Assembly (NCBI GenBank): GCA_041741155.1
Contig: JBGSKO010000116.1
Location: 29,103-93,102, forward strand
Direction of reading: 5' to 3'
Origin: Saprospiraceae bacterium
GTDB taxonomy: Bacteria > Bacteroidota > Bacteroidia > Chitinophagales > Saprospiraceae
DNA length: 64,000 nucleotides
The notes under the pieces were generated by a model. That model saw nothing but the letters and a program-made list of their open reading frames with translations. It ran no database searches and had not been told where the DNA came from. The position numbers and the translations under genes were made by a program. Below, piece after piece: positions 55,164-64,000 of the stretch. How positions within the stretch are numbered: the stretch's first letter is position 1; every line of letters begins with the position of its first letter.

Positions 55164-55628
55164 TTACAGATTTTGGAAAACCAATTCCGGCTCAAAGCCT
55201 GCGCGGATGAGTGCTGCGGCGATCTTGGCTCGGGCATTGGGGTCACTGCGGTACTGCCTGCGTTTTTTTTCCAAAATATCCTGCAGTACGGTAAGGTACT
55301 CCGTTTCGTCAATGGTATCAAGCGCCTGTACGATCAGATCAGACGCTATGGCACGCTGCCGCAGTTCCAGCCGGATGCGCACACGCCCCCAGTGGTTTAC
55401 CCGAAACTTGCCGCCGGCAAAAGCGTGGGCGAAACGCTCCTCGTTCACAAAACCCTCGCCCATCAGCACCTGCCAAATTTGCTCGGCGGTTTCGCCTTCC
55501 AGTCCTAACTCGGCCATTTTGCGGTGTACCTCTTGCGGACAACGCTCCCGGTAGGCGCAGTAGTTTTCCATCTTGGCCAATGCCTCATCCGTGGTAAGGG
55601 GCTTGGCCGGTTGTTTTTGAAATGCCAT
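55164..55628 (-). CDS. recX: regulatory protein RecX
   Basis: 154 aa. The N-terminal ...ALAKMENYCAYRERCPQEV... is followed by repeated three-helix modules typical of RecX. Confidence 0.75.
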   Translation of the reverse strand: MAFQKQPAKPLTTDEALAKMENYCAYRERCPQEVHRKMAELGLEGETAEQIWQVLMGEGFVNEERFAHAFAGGKFRVNHWGRVRIRLELRQRAIASDLIVQALDTIDETEYLTVLQDILEKKRRQYRSDPNARAKIAAALIRAGFEPELVFQNL

Positions 55629-55669
55629 ACCGGGGCAAAATTGGGCATGTTTGAAGAAAAGAACAAGCG

Positions 55670-55702
55670 AAAGGCAAGAAGCAAATCTTGCTCCTTGCCC
55701 TT
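55670..55702 (-). terminator. stem-loop terminator downstream of the giant T9SS protein gene
   Basis: AAAGGCAAGAAGCAA (55670-55684) pairs with TTGCTCCTTGCCCTT (55688-55702) with 1 mismatch. A T-rich tract follows on the minus strand. Confidence 0.6.
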
Positions 55703-55718
55703 TACTAACTTGCGGGAC

Positions 55719-58700
55719 TTACCGTTGCACCACGACCAAACGCCGAACCACAGCTTCCCGGGTTCGGATGAGCACCGAGTACATACCCGGTGGAAGGCGA
55801 TCACAAGCCAGCATCACGTCAGGCATAGCGCGTCCATAGTGCTCCAGCACCGTCCGCCCTGTAGCATCAAGGAGAAATACTTGCACCTCGGGCTGATCCG
55901 GGCCGAGGTAACGCAGATACAGCTGCCCGCATGTCGGGTTTGGGTAAAGGACCCATTTGTTGTCCTTTGAAATATCCGGGGCCGAAACGCCAGTGTCCAT
56001 CACGGGCACCACCTGTGCGTTGGTGCAGCCATTGGAGCCGGTCACAATCACCGTGTAATCTCCCGCCGTCAGGCCGTTTATATTTTCCAGATTGGAAATA
56101 AACTGTCCGTTGAAAAACCACTCCACCGTGTACGCCCCCGAATGGGAAACTGCAACAGAAATAGAACCAAGCCCCTGCCCAAAAGTGTCATGCACAACTT
56201 GAAGCACACCGATTTGTGGTATCTCTACGTCCTGCTGCACTGTGATGGTGACCGTACTCGTGCAGCCGTTCGCCGGGTTGACCACCTCCAGGGTATAGAT
56301 GCCAGGCAGGGTAACCTCCGGGTTGAGCAGGTTGGAGAAAAAACCATTGGGACCACTCCAGGCATACACCAGGCCGGGCATATTGGCGGTGGCTTGTAGC
56401 ACAATGGAGGGATTGGCACAAGTCAGTTTTCCCGACGATGTAATCAGCACAAGTGGCATTTGCTGGTCTATGTACACGGTAGCCGTAGCCACAGTGGAAC
56501 ATCCGTTACCGGGATTTGTAACGGCAACGGAGTAAATACCAGCCTCGTTTACGACAGGGTTTTGCTCCATAGAGATAAAGCCGCCCGGCCCAGACCAGGC
56601 AAAAATGGCGTTTGGCGTTACTGTTTCTGCTTGTAAAACAACACCGGGCTGGTTGCAGCGCAACGTATCGTCTGCTACGCTGACACTGGGCGCATTGCTA
56701 TCCTGATAAATCTGAACGGTCGCTGTATTGGTGCAGCCATTTGGCGCCGTGGCCACCACCATATAGCAAAACCCGACAGGATTTTCCACACAAATACACT
56801 CCGACATGGGAATATCCACTTCGCAAGTGATCGTTGTGGTCTGGTTGTAACAATTAATGGTATCGGCAGAAACAGTGATGATCGGTATTTGAAAATCAGC
56901 GACAACCGTCATTTCGGCGGTTGTCGTGCAGCCGTTGGCTCCTGTAACGGTCAGCAGAAAAACACCGGGGCTGTCCACGATCGGGTTGGGGCCCGGAACA
57001 ATGATGCCCGGCCCGGACCAGCTGCAAGTGCCTTGCGCGAATGGAGGGCACGGCAACACCAGATCAGGGTTGGTGCAGTTGATGACGGCATTGGCCGGGA
57101 TGGAAATAGCTGGTGTGACCAGATCGGCCAGTACCAGTGCAGTGGTCTGGGCCGTACAACCTGTTGCCGGATCGGTTACTACAAGGATGTAGGCGCCAGG
57201 CTGATCTACAACCGGATCTTCCTCGCTGGAGAAAAACCCGCCTGGCCCCGTCCAGACAAACGACAAGCCTGCCGGAGTGGCGTTGGCGTCCAATTGCACC
57301 ATAGGCTGGGCACAAGTAATGATTCCGTCTTGAACGGCCACCTGTGGAGGCGTCCCGCCAAATTGAACGGTAATGGTATCGGACGCTTCGCAGGTTTTCC
57401 CGCCGGCCATTGAGGTAGCTACCAAAATGTATGTCCCCGAACTGGAAACAGTTGCCGAGTTGCCCGTGGCAATGGTATCCCCGTCCAGCATTTTCCAGAT
57501 TTTGGCACCCGGAGACGGGACGGCGTTCAATACAAGCGGCGGTTCGGTACAAAGCGGGTGCGGGATCGGTTCAATTTGTGCCAGCGGTTCGAGTACAGCT
57601 ACTATGGGCAAAAAAACGGTGGAATCACATCCCAGATAGGATTCACAAACTTTACTGTGGTTGCCCACATCGCCGAATGCCTCTCCACAGATAACGATGG
57701 AATCGCCGGCACACAAGATTTGTGCAGCGTAGAAAAATCGTATCGGCGCCCGGATATTCACTTGCTGGCAAACAACACTATCGCAGCCTAAATAACTGGT
57801 GTAGGTGAAGCAGTAGGTTCCCGGAACCGGGCATTCTTCCCCCCAAGGAGTATAGTACGGGGCATCTTCGGCGCAGATGGTGACCGGGGGCAGGTTGGTG
57901 ACCGGGATGGGCGTTACGGTTATTTGCTTACACCTCAGTGTGCCGATATAGCAGGAGTTGAGTGGTTGGACACAAACCTGACCTGAATTTGTGCCGAAGG
58001 TAATTTGAGCAAAATTGCTGCCGGCGCCGACCAATGTCGCCGGAGCAGGAAGGCCATTTATTAAACTACCAGGTGGAGCAGTCCAAGTGTATGCACCCGC
58101 TCCAGCTACAGTTAGTGTAGAATAATCAAATGTGCCGCCCGGACAAATGGCGGAAGGACCAAAGATTGGGCCGGTGATCCCTATCGGATTGGGAACTGCC
58201 GCACCAGGCGGAACTGCTGACAGTTGAAAATCGCACTGATCGCCGGCGTATCCATCAATCAACAGGAAGTATGTGGTGCCGGGTACCAATGATGCCTTGA
58301 TGGATACCGGTGTGTCGCCGTAGCCCTGACCGCCCTCGTTGCAGGCAATCGGGTCATAATCGTTACATGACGGGTACAGCGCAATCTGAATGCCATTTCC
58401 ATTCTCACAATTATACGGTGTTGCGGTAAACGTAGCAGACGCGGCACCTGCTACAAAGCCGATCCATTGCTCATTTTCGATGGTGCCACAAAACCCCGAG
58501 GGCGTTTGGCCGGTATAGCCGTAAGTAGAACCAGTGTATCCGTTGAAGTTGCACAACACGCAGGCGTCGTAACACAAGTCTGCGGGGAAATAATTGTCTT
58601 CCGGGCAAGGTGGCGGAAGAAATTCAGTTCCAATTGAAAAAAACAAACAAGATTCGGCGCCTTGCGAACAGGCGTTGATCGGCGTGACACAAAGACTACC

Positions 58701-59402
58701 GTTCTGACTACCAAGCGTCACGGTTACCTTGGTGCCTGCCGGCGCCGGGATGATCACGGGAGATGCCTGCCCATTGATCAGGATGTCGTTCGGCCCCGTC
58801 CAGCGGTAGGCCGTTGCCCCGGGAACAGCAGCCACCGAGTATTCCTGCACGCTGAACGGAGCGACTACCCACGGTCCTCCTATCGGTCCCGCTGAATCTA
58901 CCGGCGGCGGCGCCACAGCATCGGCCGGCCCGGTCGCTATCTGAAAGGAGCACAAATCCCCGTCATAACCATCTACCATCAGGTAATATGTCTCTCCCGG
59001 AATAACATTCGCCGCTATGTCTCGCGCTACGTTTCCATCGCCGGGTTGTCCGGCGGCGCAAGCAATCGGCGCATCCGAGCAATTCCGATACAGGGCAATT
59101 TCGATGCCGTCGCCTGTTTGGCAATTCGACGGCATCACACTGATGGCAATACCATCCGCTCCAGCCACAAATGCAAACCATTGGTTGTTTTCCACCGCAC
59201 CGCAAAAACCAGGTGCAGGGTTGGCCGTAAAACCATTTGTCTGCCCGATGCGCCCATTAAGGAAACAATGCAGGCACGCATCCGCACAGGCACTGGCGCC
59301 AGGCGTTTGGGCTGTCGTGCAAACGATGGGATTTTGACTCCAGAGAGAACCTGAGAAAAGGAGCAGGAAAAAGAGCGAAAGCAGGGGGTAATTTTTTTTC
59401 AT
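55719..59402 (-). CDS. 1227-aa secreted repeat protein (two Cys-rich N-terminal modules, PKD/Ig-like repeats, T9SS sorting domain)
   Basis: Signal peptide MKKNYPLLSLFFLLLFSGSLWSQ. A ~135-aa module is duplicated (C..AC..C...FCG..EN.QW..FVAG...DGY.GD.C.FQ). About 7 tandem repeats carry W(S/T)GPGGF.S...NP.V...G.Y...V...NGC. C-terminal LYPNPTCGQLYLRY...GMYSVLIRTREAVVRRLVVVQR. Confidence 0.85.
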   Translation of the reverse strand: MKKNYPLLSLFFLLLFSGSLWSQNPIVCTTAQTPGASACADACLHCFLNGRIGQTNGFTANPAPGFCGAVENNQWFAFVAGADGIAISVMPSNCQTGDGIEIALYRNCSDAPIACAAGQPGDGNVARDIAANVIPGETYYLMVDGYDGDLCSFQIATGPADAVAPPPVDSAGPIGGPWVVAPFSVQEYSVAAVPGATAYRWTGPNDILINGQASPVIIPAPAGTKVTVTLGSQNGSLCVTPINACSQGAESCLFFSIGTEFLPPPCPEDNYFPADLCYDACVLCNFNGYTGSTYGYTGQTPSGFCGTIENEQWIGFVAGAASATFTATPYNCENGNGIQIALYPSCNDYDPIACNEGGQGYGDTPVSIKASLVPGTTYFLLIDGYAGDQCDFQLSAVPPGAAVPNPIGITGPIFGPSAICPGGTFDYSTLTVAGAGAYTWTAPPGSLINGLPAPATLVGAGSNFAQITFGTNSGQVCVQPLNSCYIGTLRCKQITVTPIPVTNLPPVTICAEDAPYYTPWGEECPVPGTYCFTYTSYLGCDSVVCQQVNIRAPIRFFYAAQILCAGDSIVICGEAFGDVGNHSKVCESYLGCDSTVFLPIVAVLEPLAQIEPIPHPLCTEPPLVLNAVPSPGAKIWKMLDGDTIATGNSATVSSSGTYILVATSMAGGKTCEASDTITVQFGGTPPQVAVQDGIITCAQPMVQLDANATPAGLSFVWTGPGGFFSSEEDPVVDQPGAYILVVTDPATGCTAQTTALVLADLVTPAISIPANAVINCTNPDLVLPCPPFAQGTCSWSGPGIIVPGPNPIVDSPGVFLLTVTGANGCTTTAEMTVVADFQIPIITVSADTINCYNQTTTITCEVDIPMSECICVENPVGFCYMVVATAPNGCTNTATVQIYQDSNAPSVSVADDTLRCNQPGVVLQAETVTPNAIFAWSGPGGFISMEQNPVVNEAGIYSVAVTNPGNGCSTVATATVYIDQQMPLVLITSSGKLTCANPSIVLQATANMPGLVYAWSGPNGFFSNLLNPEVTLPGIYTLEVVNPANGCTSTVTITVQQDVEIPQIGVLQVVHDTFGQGLGSISVAVSHSGAYTVEWFFNGQFISNLENINGLTAGDYTVIVTGSNGCTNAQVVPVMDTGVSAPDISKDNKWVLYPNPTCGQLYLRYLGPDQPEVQVFLLDATGRTVLEHYGRAMPDVMLACDRLPPGMYSVLIRTREAVVRRLVVVQR

Positions 59403-59572
59403 GGTAAAATTTTCGTTGGTTATCGAACGTAGAAAAGAGGATGCGACACCAAAAATCGCTGCCTAAAAAAATATTTCCAATGTTTCACTAAAATACCCGC
59501 ACCTTTGCGGGCTATTCTCACCGTCCGATTAGACCCCAAAACGGATTTTTTTTATTTGACGCAACTATTTTA

Positions 59573-61285
59573 ATGACTGCTTTTCAAGAAATGGGCCTCG
59601 ATGAAGCCCTCCTACAAGGTATTGCTGCCTTGGGTTTCGACACCCCCACCCCCGTCCAACAACAAGTCATACCGGTCGCATTGCAATCTGACGAAGATTT
59701 CATAGCTCTGGCCCAGACGGGCACCGGAAAAACCGCTGCATTTGGCCTTCCGCTGCTTCAGCGCATCAATCCCGCTGAAAAAAATGTGCAGGGACTTGTC
59801 CTGTGCCCCACCCGCGAACTGTGCGTACAGGTAGCCAACGATTTGGCGAACTATTCCAAGTTTTCGCACCACCTCAAAATTGTGGCCGTCTATGGTGGCG
59901 CCAGCATTGAGACCCAAATACGCCAGATCAAAGCCGGCGCTCAAATCATCGTGGCCACTCCGGGCCGACTCGTGGACCTGCTGGTTCGCCAGGTAGCCCA
60001 CTTGGAGAAAGTGGAACGCGTGGTGCTGGATGAGGCCGACGAGATGCTCAACATGGGCTTTAAAGAGGCCGTTGACATCATCCTGGAGGCCGTCGAGAAC
60101 CGCAAGTCTATCTGGCTGTTCTCCGCAACCATGCCACATGAGGTGCGGGCCATTGCATCCACCTACATGCAAAATCCGCGCGAGATCAGCACGGCCAACC
60201 GGAACGAGGCGCACGCCAACATTGAGCACCTCTATTATCTGTGCCACTCTGAAAACCGCTTCGCTACGCTCAAACGCGTGGTAGATGCCAATCCCGGTAT
60301 CTACGGCCTCATCTTCTGCCGCACCCGTATAGATGCCAAGGAGATCGCCGAACAGATGATCCGCGACGGCTACAACGCCGATGCCCTGCACGGCGACCTG
60401 GCGCAGAGCGACCGTGACCGCGTGATGCAGCGCTTCCGCGAGCGCAACCTTCAACTGCTTATCGCCACCGACGTGGCAGCCCGTGGTATTGACGTTAGCG
60501 ATATCTCGCACGTCATCAACTATGGCTTGCCCGATGAACCGGAAGTATATACCCACCGCAGCGGCCGTACCGGCCGAGCAGGCCGTACCGGTATTTCGAT
60601 CAGTATTATTACGCCCAAGTTTGAGGAGAAAATCCGACAGATCGAGCGGCGCACCAAGTCCACGTTCACCCGGATGCCAATTCCCACAGGCAGCGAAGTG
60701 TGCGAAAAACAGTTGTTCCACATCGTGCAGAGCATCCACGACCAGGAGGTGCAGCACGACCAGATTGAACCGTTCCTGCCGCGCATTTTAGAAGCGCTTA
60801 AAGACATCACCAAGGAAGAACTCATCAAACGCTTCGCGAGTGTGGAGTTCAACCGCTTCCTGGCCTACTACCGCGACGCTCCGGATATCAACATCTACCC
60901 GCGCAGCCGCAGCAGCGAGCGGGACGGAGGACGGCCCGAACGCAGCAGCGGTGCAACAAACAGCGCTCATCAGCGCTTGTTCGTCAACATCGGTCTGATG
61001 GATGGTGTGAACAAAAAGGACTTCATCGAACTCCTGACCGGCGAATTCCGCGTACCCAAACCCGCTATCGGCGATATTGATATCCAAAAATCTTTCATGC
61101 ACTTCGACGTCGAACCGGCTTTCACCCGTGAGGTGCGCCGTGGCCTGGAAGAATTCAATATCAACGGCCGACGCGTAAAAGTGAGCGACGCTATGGCTCG
61201 TCCCGACAAGCCTAAAAAAGACAAGAAGTTCCCATTTGCAAAAAGCGGCGGCGGCGACAAGGGCAAGAAAAGGCCACGGTACTAG
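59573..61285 (+). CDS. deaD: DEAD-box ATP-dependent RNA helicase (DeaD/CsdA-like with DbpA-type C-terminal RNA-binding domain)
   Basis: AQTGTGKT, VLDEADEML, SAT and HRSGRTGRAG motifs. The C-terminal tail is basic. Confidence 0.9.
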   Translation: MTAFQEMGLDEALLQGIAALGFDTPTPVQQQVIPVALQSDEDFIALAQTGTGKTAAFGLPLLQRINPAEKNVQGLVLCPTRELCVQVANDLANYSKFSHHLKIVAVYGGASIETQIRQIKAGAQIIVATPGRLVDLLVRQVAHLEKVERVVLDEADEMLNMGFKEAVDIILEAVENRKSIWLFSATMPHEVRAIASTYMQNPREISTANRNEAHANIEHLYYLCHSENRFATLKRVVDANPGIYGLIFCRTRIDAKEIAEQMIRDGYNADALHGDLAQSDRDRVMQRFRERNLQLLIATDVAARGIDVSDISHVINYGLPDEPEVYTHRSGRTGRAGRTGISISIITPKFEEKIRQIERRTKSTFTRMPIPTGSEVCEKQLFHIVQSIHDQEVQHDQIEPFLPRILEALKDITKEELIKRFASVEFNRFLAYYRDAPDINIYPRSRSSERDGGRPERSSGATNSAHQRLFVNIGLMDGVNKKDFIELLTGEFRVPKPAIGDIDIQKSFMHFDVEPAFTREVRRGLEEFNINGRRVKVSDAMARPDKPKKDKKFPFAKSGGGDKGKKRPRY

Positions 61286-61333
61286 AAACTGCCTGACCTA
61301 ATAGAATAGCGGGATATGAGCGGCTTTTGCTGT

Positions 61334-62521
61334 TTATATCCCGCTTTCATTGAGACCATCCAAAATTACGGTACACGCTACTTGTATTTCTGCCGCCCCA
61401 ATCGTTAGTGGCGGCGCAATGCGCAAGCAACGGTCATTGAACAAAAACCAGTCGGTGATCACGCCCTGGCGCAGACAGTGCTGAATGACGCGTTGCACCC
61501 GTTCGGCATCATCCAAATCCACCGCCATCCACAGCCCGGCACTACGCACCTCTATGATGGCGGGGTGCACCAAAATATCCCGGAACAGGCGCTCTTTCAC
61601 ACGGACCTGTGCGATCAAATCCGTTTCCAGCAACACCCGCAAGGTAGCCAACGCAGCAGCGGCACTCACCGGATGCCCTCCAAAAGTGGTGATATGCCCC
61701 AATGGCGGATCAAACGACAATACTTGCATGACAGCACGCGGCGCAAGAAATGCTCCAATAGGCATGCCCCCGCCAAAGCCCTTGGCCAATAATAAAATAT
61801 CCGGACAGATACCGTACTGCTCAAAGGCAAACAACGTACCCGTACGGCCATAACCGGCCTGCACTTCGTCAAGAATCAGTAATGCACCGGTTTCGTCGCA
61901 CCTCCGACGAAGTGCCTGGAGCCATTCGGGGCGCGGCAGGCATATCCCGGATTCGGCTTGCACCGTTTCCACAATAACCGCAGCGGTGCGCCGATCAATT
62001 TTTTCCAAACAATGGTCGCAGTTGAAATCAATATGCCGAATACCAGGCAGCAACGGATGATAGGGCAACGTGAAATCGTCGGGTGCCATAAGGCTGGCCG
62101 CGCCCTGTGTGCTGCCGTGGTACGCCCGGCGGCAGGCGACGATGTCCGGCCTGCCCGTGTAGCGTTTGGCCAGTTTCATGGCGCCCTCGGTGGCCTCGGT
62201 GCCGGAATTGACAAAATACACCGCGTCGAGACCCGGCAGTACTTCTGCCAACAGGGTAGCGAGTTCTACCTGCGGCGCCAGCACATATTCCCCATAAACC
62301 AGCGTATGCCAATAACGCCCCAGTTGATCGCGCACGGCAGCCTCCACCTGCGGGTGCCTGTGCCCCAGAGCACTCACACCAATACCGGCGATCAGGTCGA
62401 GATATGCCTTGCCTGACGTGTCGTACAGGTAAAGTCCTTCAGCGTGCGCGATTTCCAGCGCGAGTGGCGCAGGCGAGGTCTGGGCGATGTGTTGCAAAAA
62501 CAATTGTCGCTGGCTGAGCAT
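61334..62521 (-). CDS. class-III PLP-dependent aminotransferase (acetylornithine/ornithine aminotransferase-like)
   Basis: The start is taken at MLSQRQLFLQHIA. GVSALGHRHPQV, DEVQAGYGRTG and LLLAKGFGGGMP blocks are present. Confidence 0.85.
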   Translation of the reverse strand: MLSQRQLFLQHIAQTSPAPLALEIAHAEGLYLYDTSGKAYLDLIAGIGVSALGHRHPQVEAAVRDQLGRYWHTLVYGEYVLAPQVELATLLAEVLPGLDAVYFVNSGTEATEGAMKLAKRYTGRPDIVACRRAYHGSTQGAASLMAPDDFTLPYHPLLPGIRHIDFNCDHCLEKIDRRTAAVIVETVQAESGICLPRPEWLQALRRRCDETGALLILDEVQAGYGRTGTLFAFEQYGICPDILLLAKGFGGGMPIGAFLAPRAVMQVLSFDPPLGHITTFGGHPVSAAAALATLRVLLETDLIAQVRVKERLFRDILVHPAIIEVRSAGLWMAVDLDDAERVQRVIQHCLRQGVITDWFLFNDRCLRIAPPLTIGAAEIQVACTVILDGLNESGI

Positions 62522-62751
62522 GATTTGTTTGCTGGTAAAAATAATTGGGCAAATATTTGTGCCGTCCGTTAGATCCCGGGCGTCTAATGAACGATGTCTC
62601 AATATTGTGGCACCGTTCCTAATCATCCAAATGCGTTTTTTTTTGTTCAACCGGTAACCCTTTTGTAGAACGCCCGAAAAGTCGCTGTTTTTTTCAATTT
62701 GCACGGGAAATGCCCCGCACGAGCCAAACAAAGTATCCAGACTATTTTTTT

Positions 62752-63414
62752 ATGACAGCCCAATCGCTCATCGCCTACGATATCCCAGCGCTCAGTACCG
62801 AGCAAACAGGGAAAGATGCCTTCCACGCGTTGAATGACCACCACGTGCGGCACCTCCCCGTCGTGGAAGGCCAGCGCCTGGTGGGCATCATCTCCGAAGA
62901 AGATATTTTCAACCACAAACTATACGAACCCATCCGGGAATACGATTTTTCGATGATGCGCCGGTTTGCCGTGCGCAACACCGATCACGTTTTCGAGGTC
63001 ATGCGCGTCATGGGCGAGAACCGCCTGACAGTCATCCCGGTCGTGGACGAGCATGGAAACTATCAAGGCCTGATTACCCTGAGTGACCTGCTACGCTTTT
63101 TTGCAAATTCGGCCTCGTTTACCGAGCCGGGCGGTGTGCTCGTACTTGAAATGAGCCGCCGCGACTATGCACTCGCGACGATCGCCCGTATTATTGAAGA
63201 TGAAAACGCCAAAATCCTGAGCACCTTCGTCACCTCCGTCCCAGACGCCGAAGTCGTTGAGCTGACCATAAAGGTCAACCGCCAGGACCTTAGCCGGGTC
63301 GTAGCAGCGCTTCAACGGTACGAATATGACGTAAAAGAAACCTTTGCCGAGGTGGACTATGCCGATTCCCTTCAGGAGCGGTACGACTCGTTGATGAGTT
63401 ACTTGAGTGTTTAA
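62752..63414 (+). CDS. CBS-domain protein
   Basis: The start is taken at MTAQSLIAYD. Two CBS-like units carry HLPVVEGQRLVGIISEEDI and LTVIPVVDEHGNYQGLITLSDL. A C-terminal ACT-like region follows. Confidence 0.75.
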   Translation: MTAQSLIAYDIPALSTEQTGKDAFHALNDHHVRHLPVVEGQRLVGIISEEDIFNHKLYEPIREYDFSMMRRFAVRNTDHVFEVMRVMGENRLTVIPVVDEHGNYQGLITLSDLLRFFANSASFTEPGGVLVLEMSRRDYALATIARIIEDENAKILSTFVTSVPDAEVVELTIKVNRQDLSRVVAALQRYEYDVKETFAEVDYADSLQERYDSLMSYLSV

Positions 63415-63556
63415 TTTCCCGGCTTCTGGAGTATCTCGTTGAAGCAAATGCAAGGTAATGGCGTGTCGGGTGTAGCGGCTTCACAACACATGCGGCTCTG
63501 CGTGCCTACTTTCCTCCACAACCCCTACATTTGCCCGCAAACAACCGCTCCTGCCC

Positions 63557-64000
63557 ATGCAGCAATTTGTCCTTCGCCTCCTCGCCCTCGCTTTGTGCGT
63601 GGCGCCCCTCGCTCTTTTTGCGCAGCAAACCTACCCACAAGCAGCCCCTTCCGATGTGCGGGATCGCGCGTATGCATTCACCAATGCCACCATTTTTATG
63701 GACTACCAAACCCGGCTTGATAGCGCCACGCTGGTTGTGCGCAAGGGCAAAGTGGAAGCCTGCGGAAAGGTAGTTTCGGTGCCAAAAGATGCTGTGGTGA
63801 TAAACTGTACCGGAAAATCTATTTATCCGGGACTGATTGACCTGTATGCCACCGGATATGGCCTGCCGGCACAACGAACGGAGACCCGGGCGTTTGGCCA
63901 GCAAGCCCCACAGCCGTACACCAGCAAAAAAGGCGCATACTCCTGGAATGAGGCGCTTCGACCCGAATTCAGTGCAGCAGAGGTGTTCTCCAACGATGAA
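63557..64000 (+). CDS. secreted amidohydrolase-family protein, 3' end outside the window
   Basis: Hand translation from ATG 63557 gives MQQFVLRLLALALCVAPLALFAQ... (signal peptide). It is open to base 64000 (148 codons). GKSIYPGLIDLY matches the N-terminal beta-sandwich block of amidohydrolases. It is not in the ORF track because it has no stop. Confidence 0.7.
   Translation, partial: MQQFVLRLLALALCVAPLALFAQQTYPQAAPSDVRDRAYAFTNATIFMDYQTRLDSATLVVRKGKVEACGKVVSVPKDAVVINCTGKSIYPGLIDLYATGYGLPAQRTETRAFGQQAPQPYTSKKGAYSWNEALRPEFSAAEVFSNDE

Noticed and set aside
59612-60757. 381-aa ORF on the minus strand.
   Set aside because: It is antisense to the DEAD-box helicase gene, which has all the canonical helicase motifs.

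Overview
The window is 64 kb of chromosome from a GC-rich Bacteroidota-type genome. Supporting evidence: four secreted proteins carry T9SS C-terminal sorting domains, and there are TonB-dependent and beta-barrel OMP families plus LytTR signalling proteins. I call about 47 protein genes, mostly envelope, secreted-hydrolase and housekeeping functions. These include M1 and M36 peptidases, GH57, an ABC-F protein, MltA, GGT, MeaB, DeaD, RecX and PafA-like phosphatase. I recognised no rRNA, tRNA, CRISPR array, transposase or integrase. All calls come from reading the ORF track and the DNA by eye; no searches were run, so family names are motif-based. The most interesting candidate is at 52.5-55.1 kb. 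It combines a stand-alone LytTR regulator, a canonical 9-12-9 direct-repeat operator and a 514-aa helical protein. It also has a 69-aa ORF with a double-glycine leader and a Cys-free core, and a conserved box lies upstream of both the regulator and the peptide gene. No modification or C39-export genes are nearby. The second theme is unusual non-coding DNA. Three intergenic word-array hairpins start at a stop codon: GTTGAG/CTCAAC arrays at 23.8-24.2 kb and 44.3-44.5 kb, and a GGTTTCTGGTT-type array at 31.5 kb. The 44.3 kb one sits between a histidine kinase gene and its response-regulator gene. Other non-coding features are a 193-bp MITE-like element with an 8-bp target duplication, a modular nested palindrome at 2.6-3.0 kb, and a twice-repeated 33-nt palindrome. 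There is also a 0.87-kb AT-rich island. Finally, a glutaryl-CoA dehydrogenase gene is interrupted by one in-frame TGA, and there is an ATPase gene remnant.
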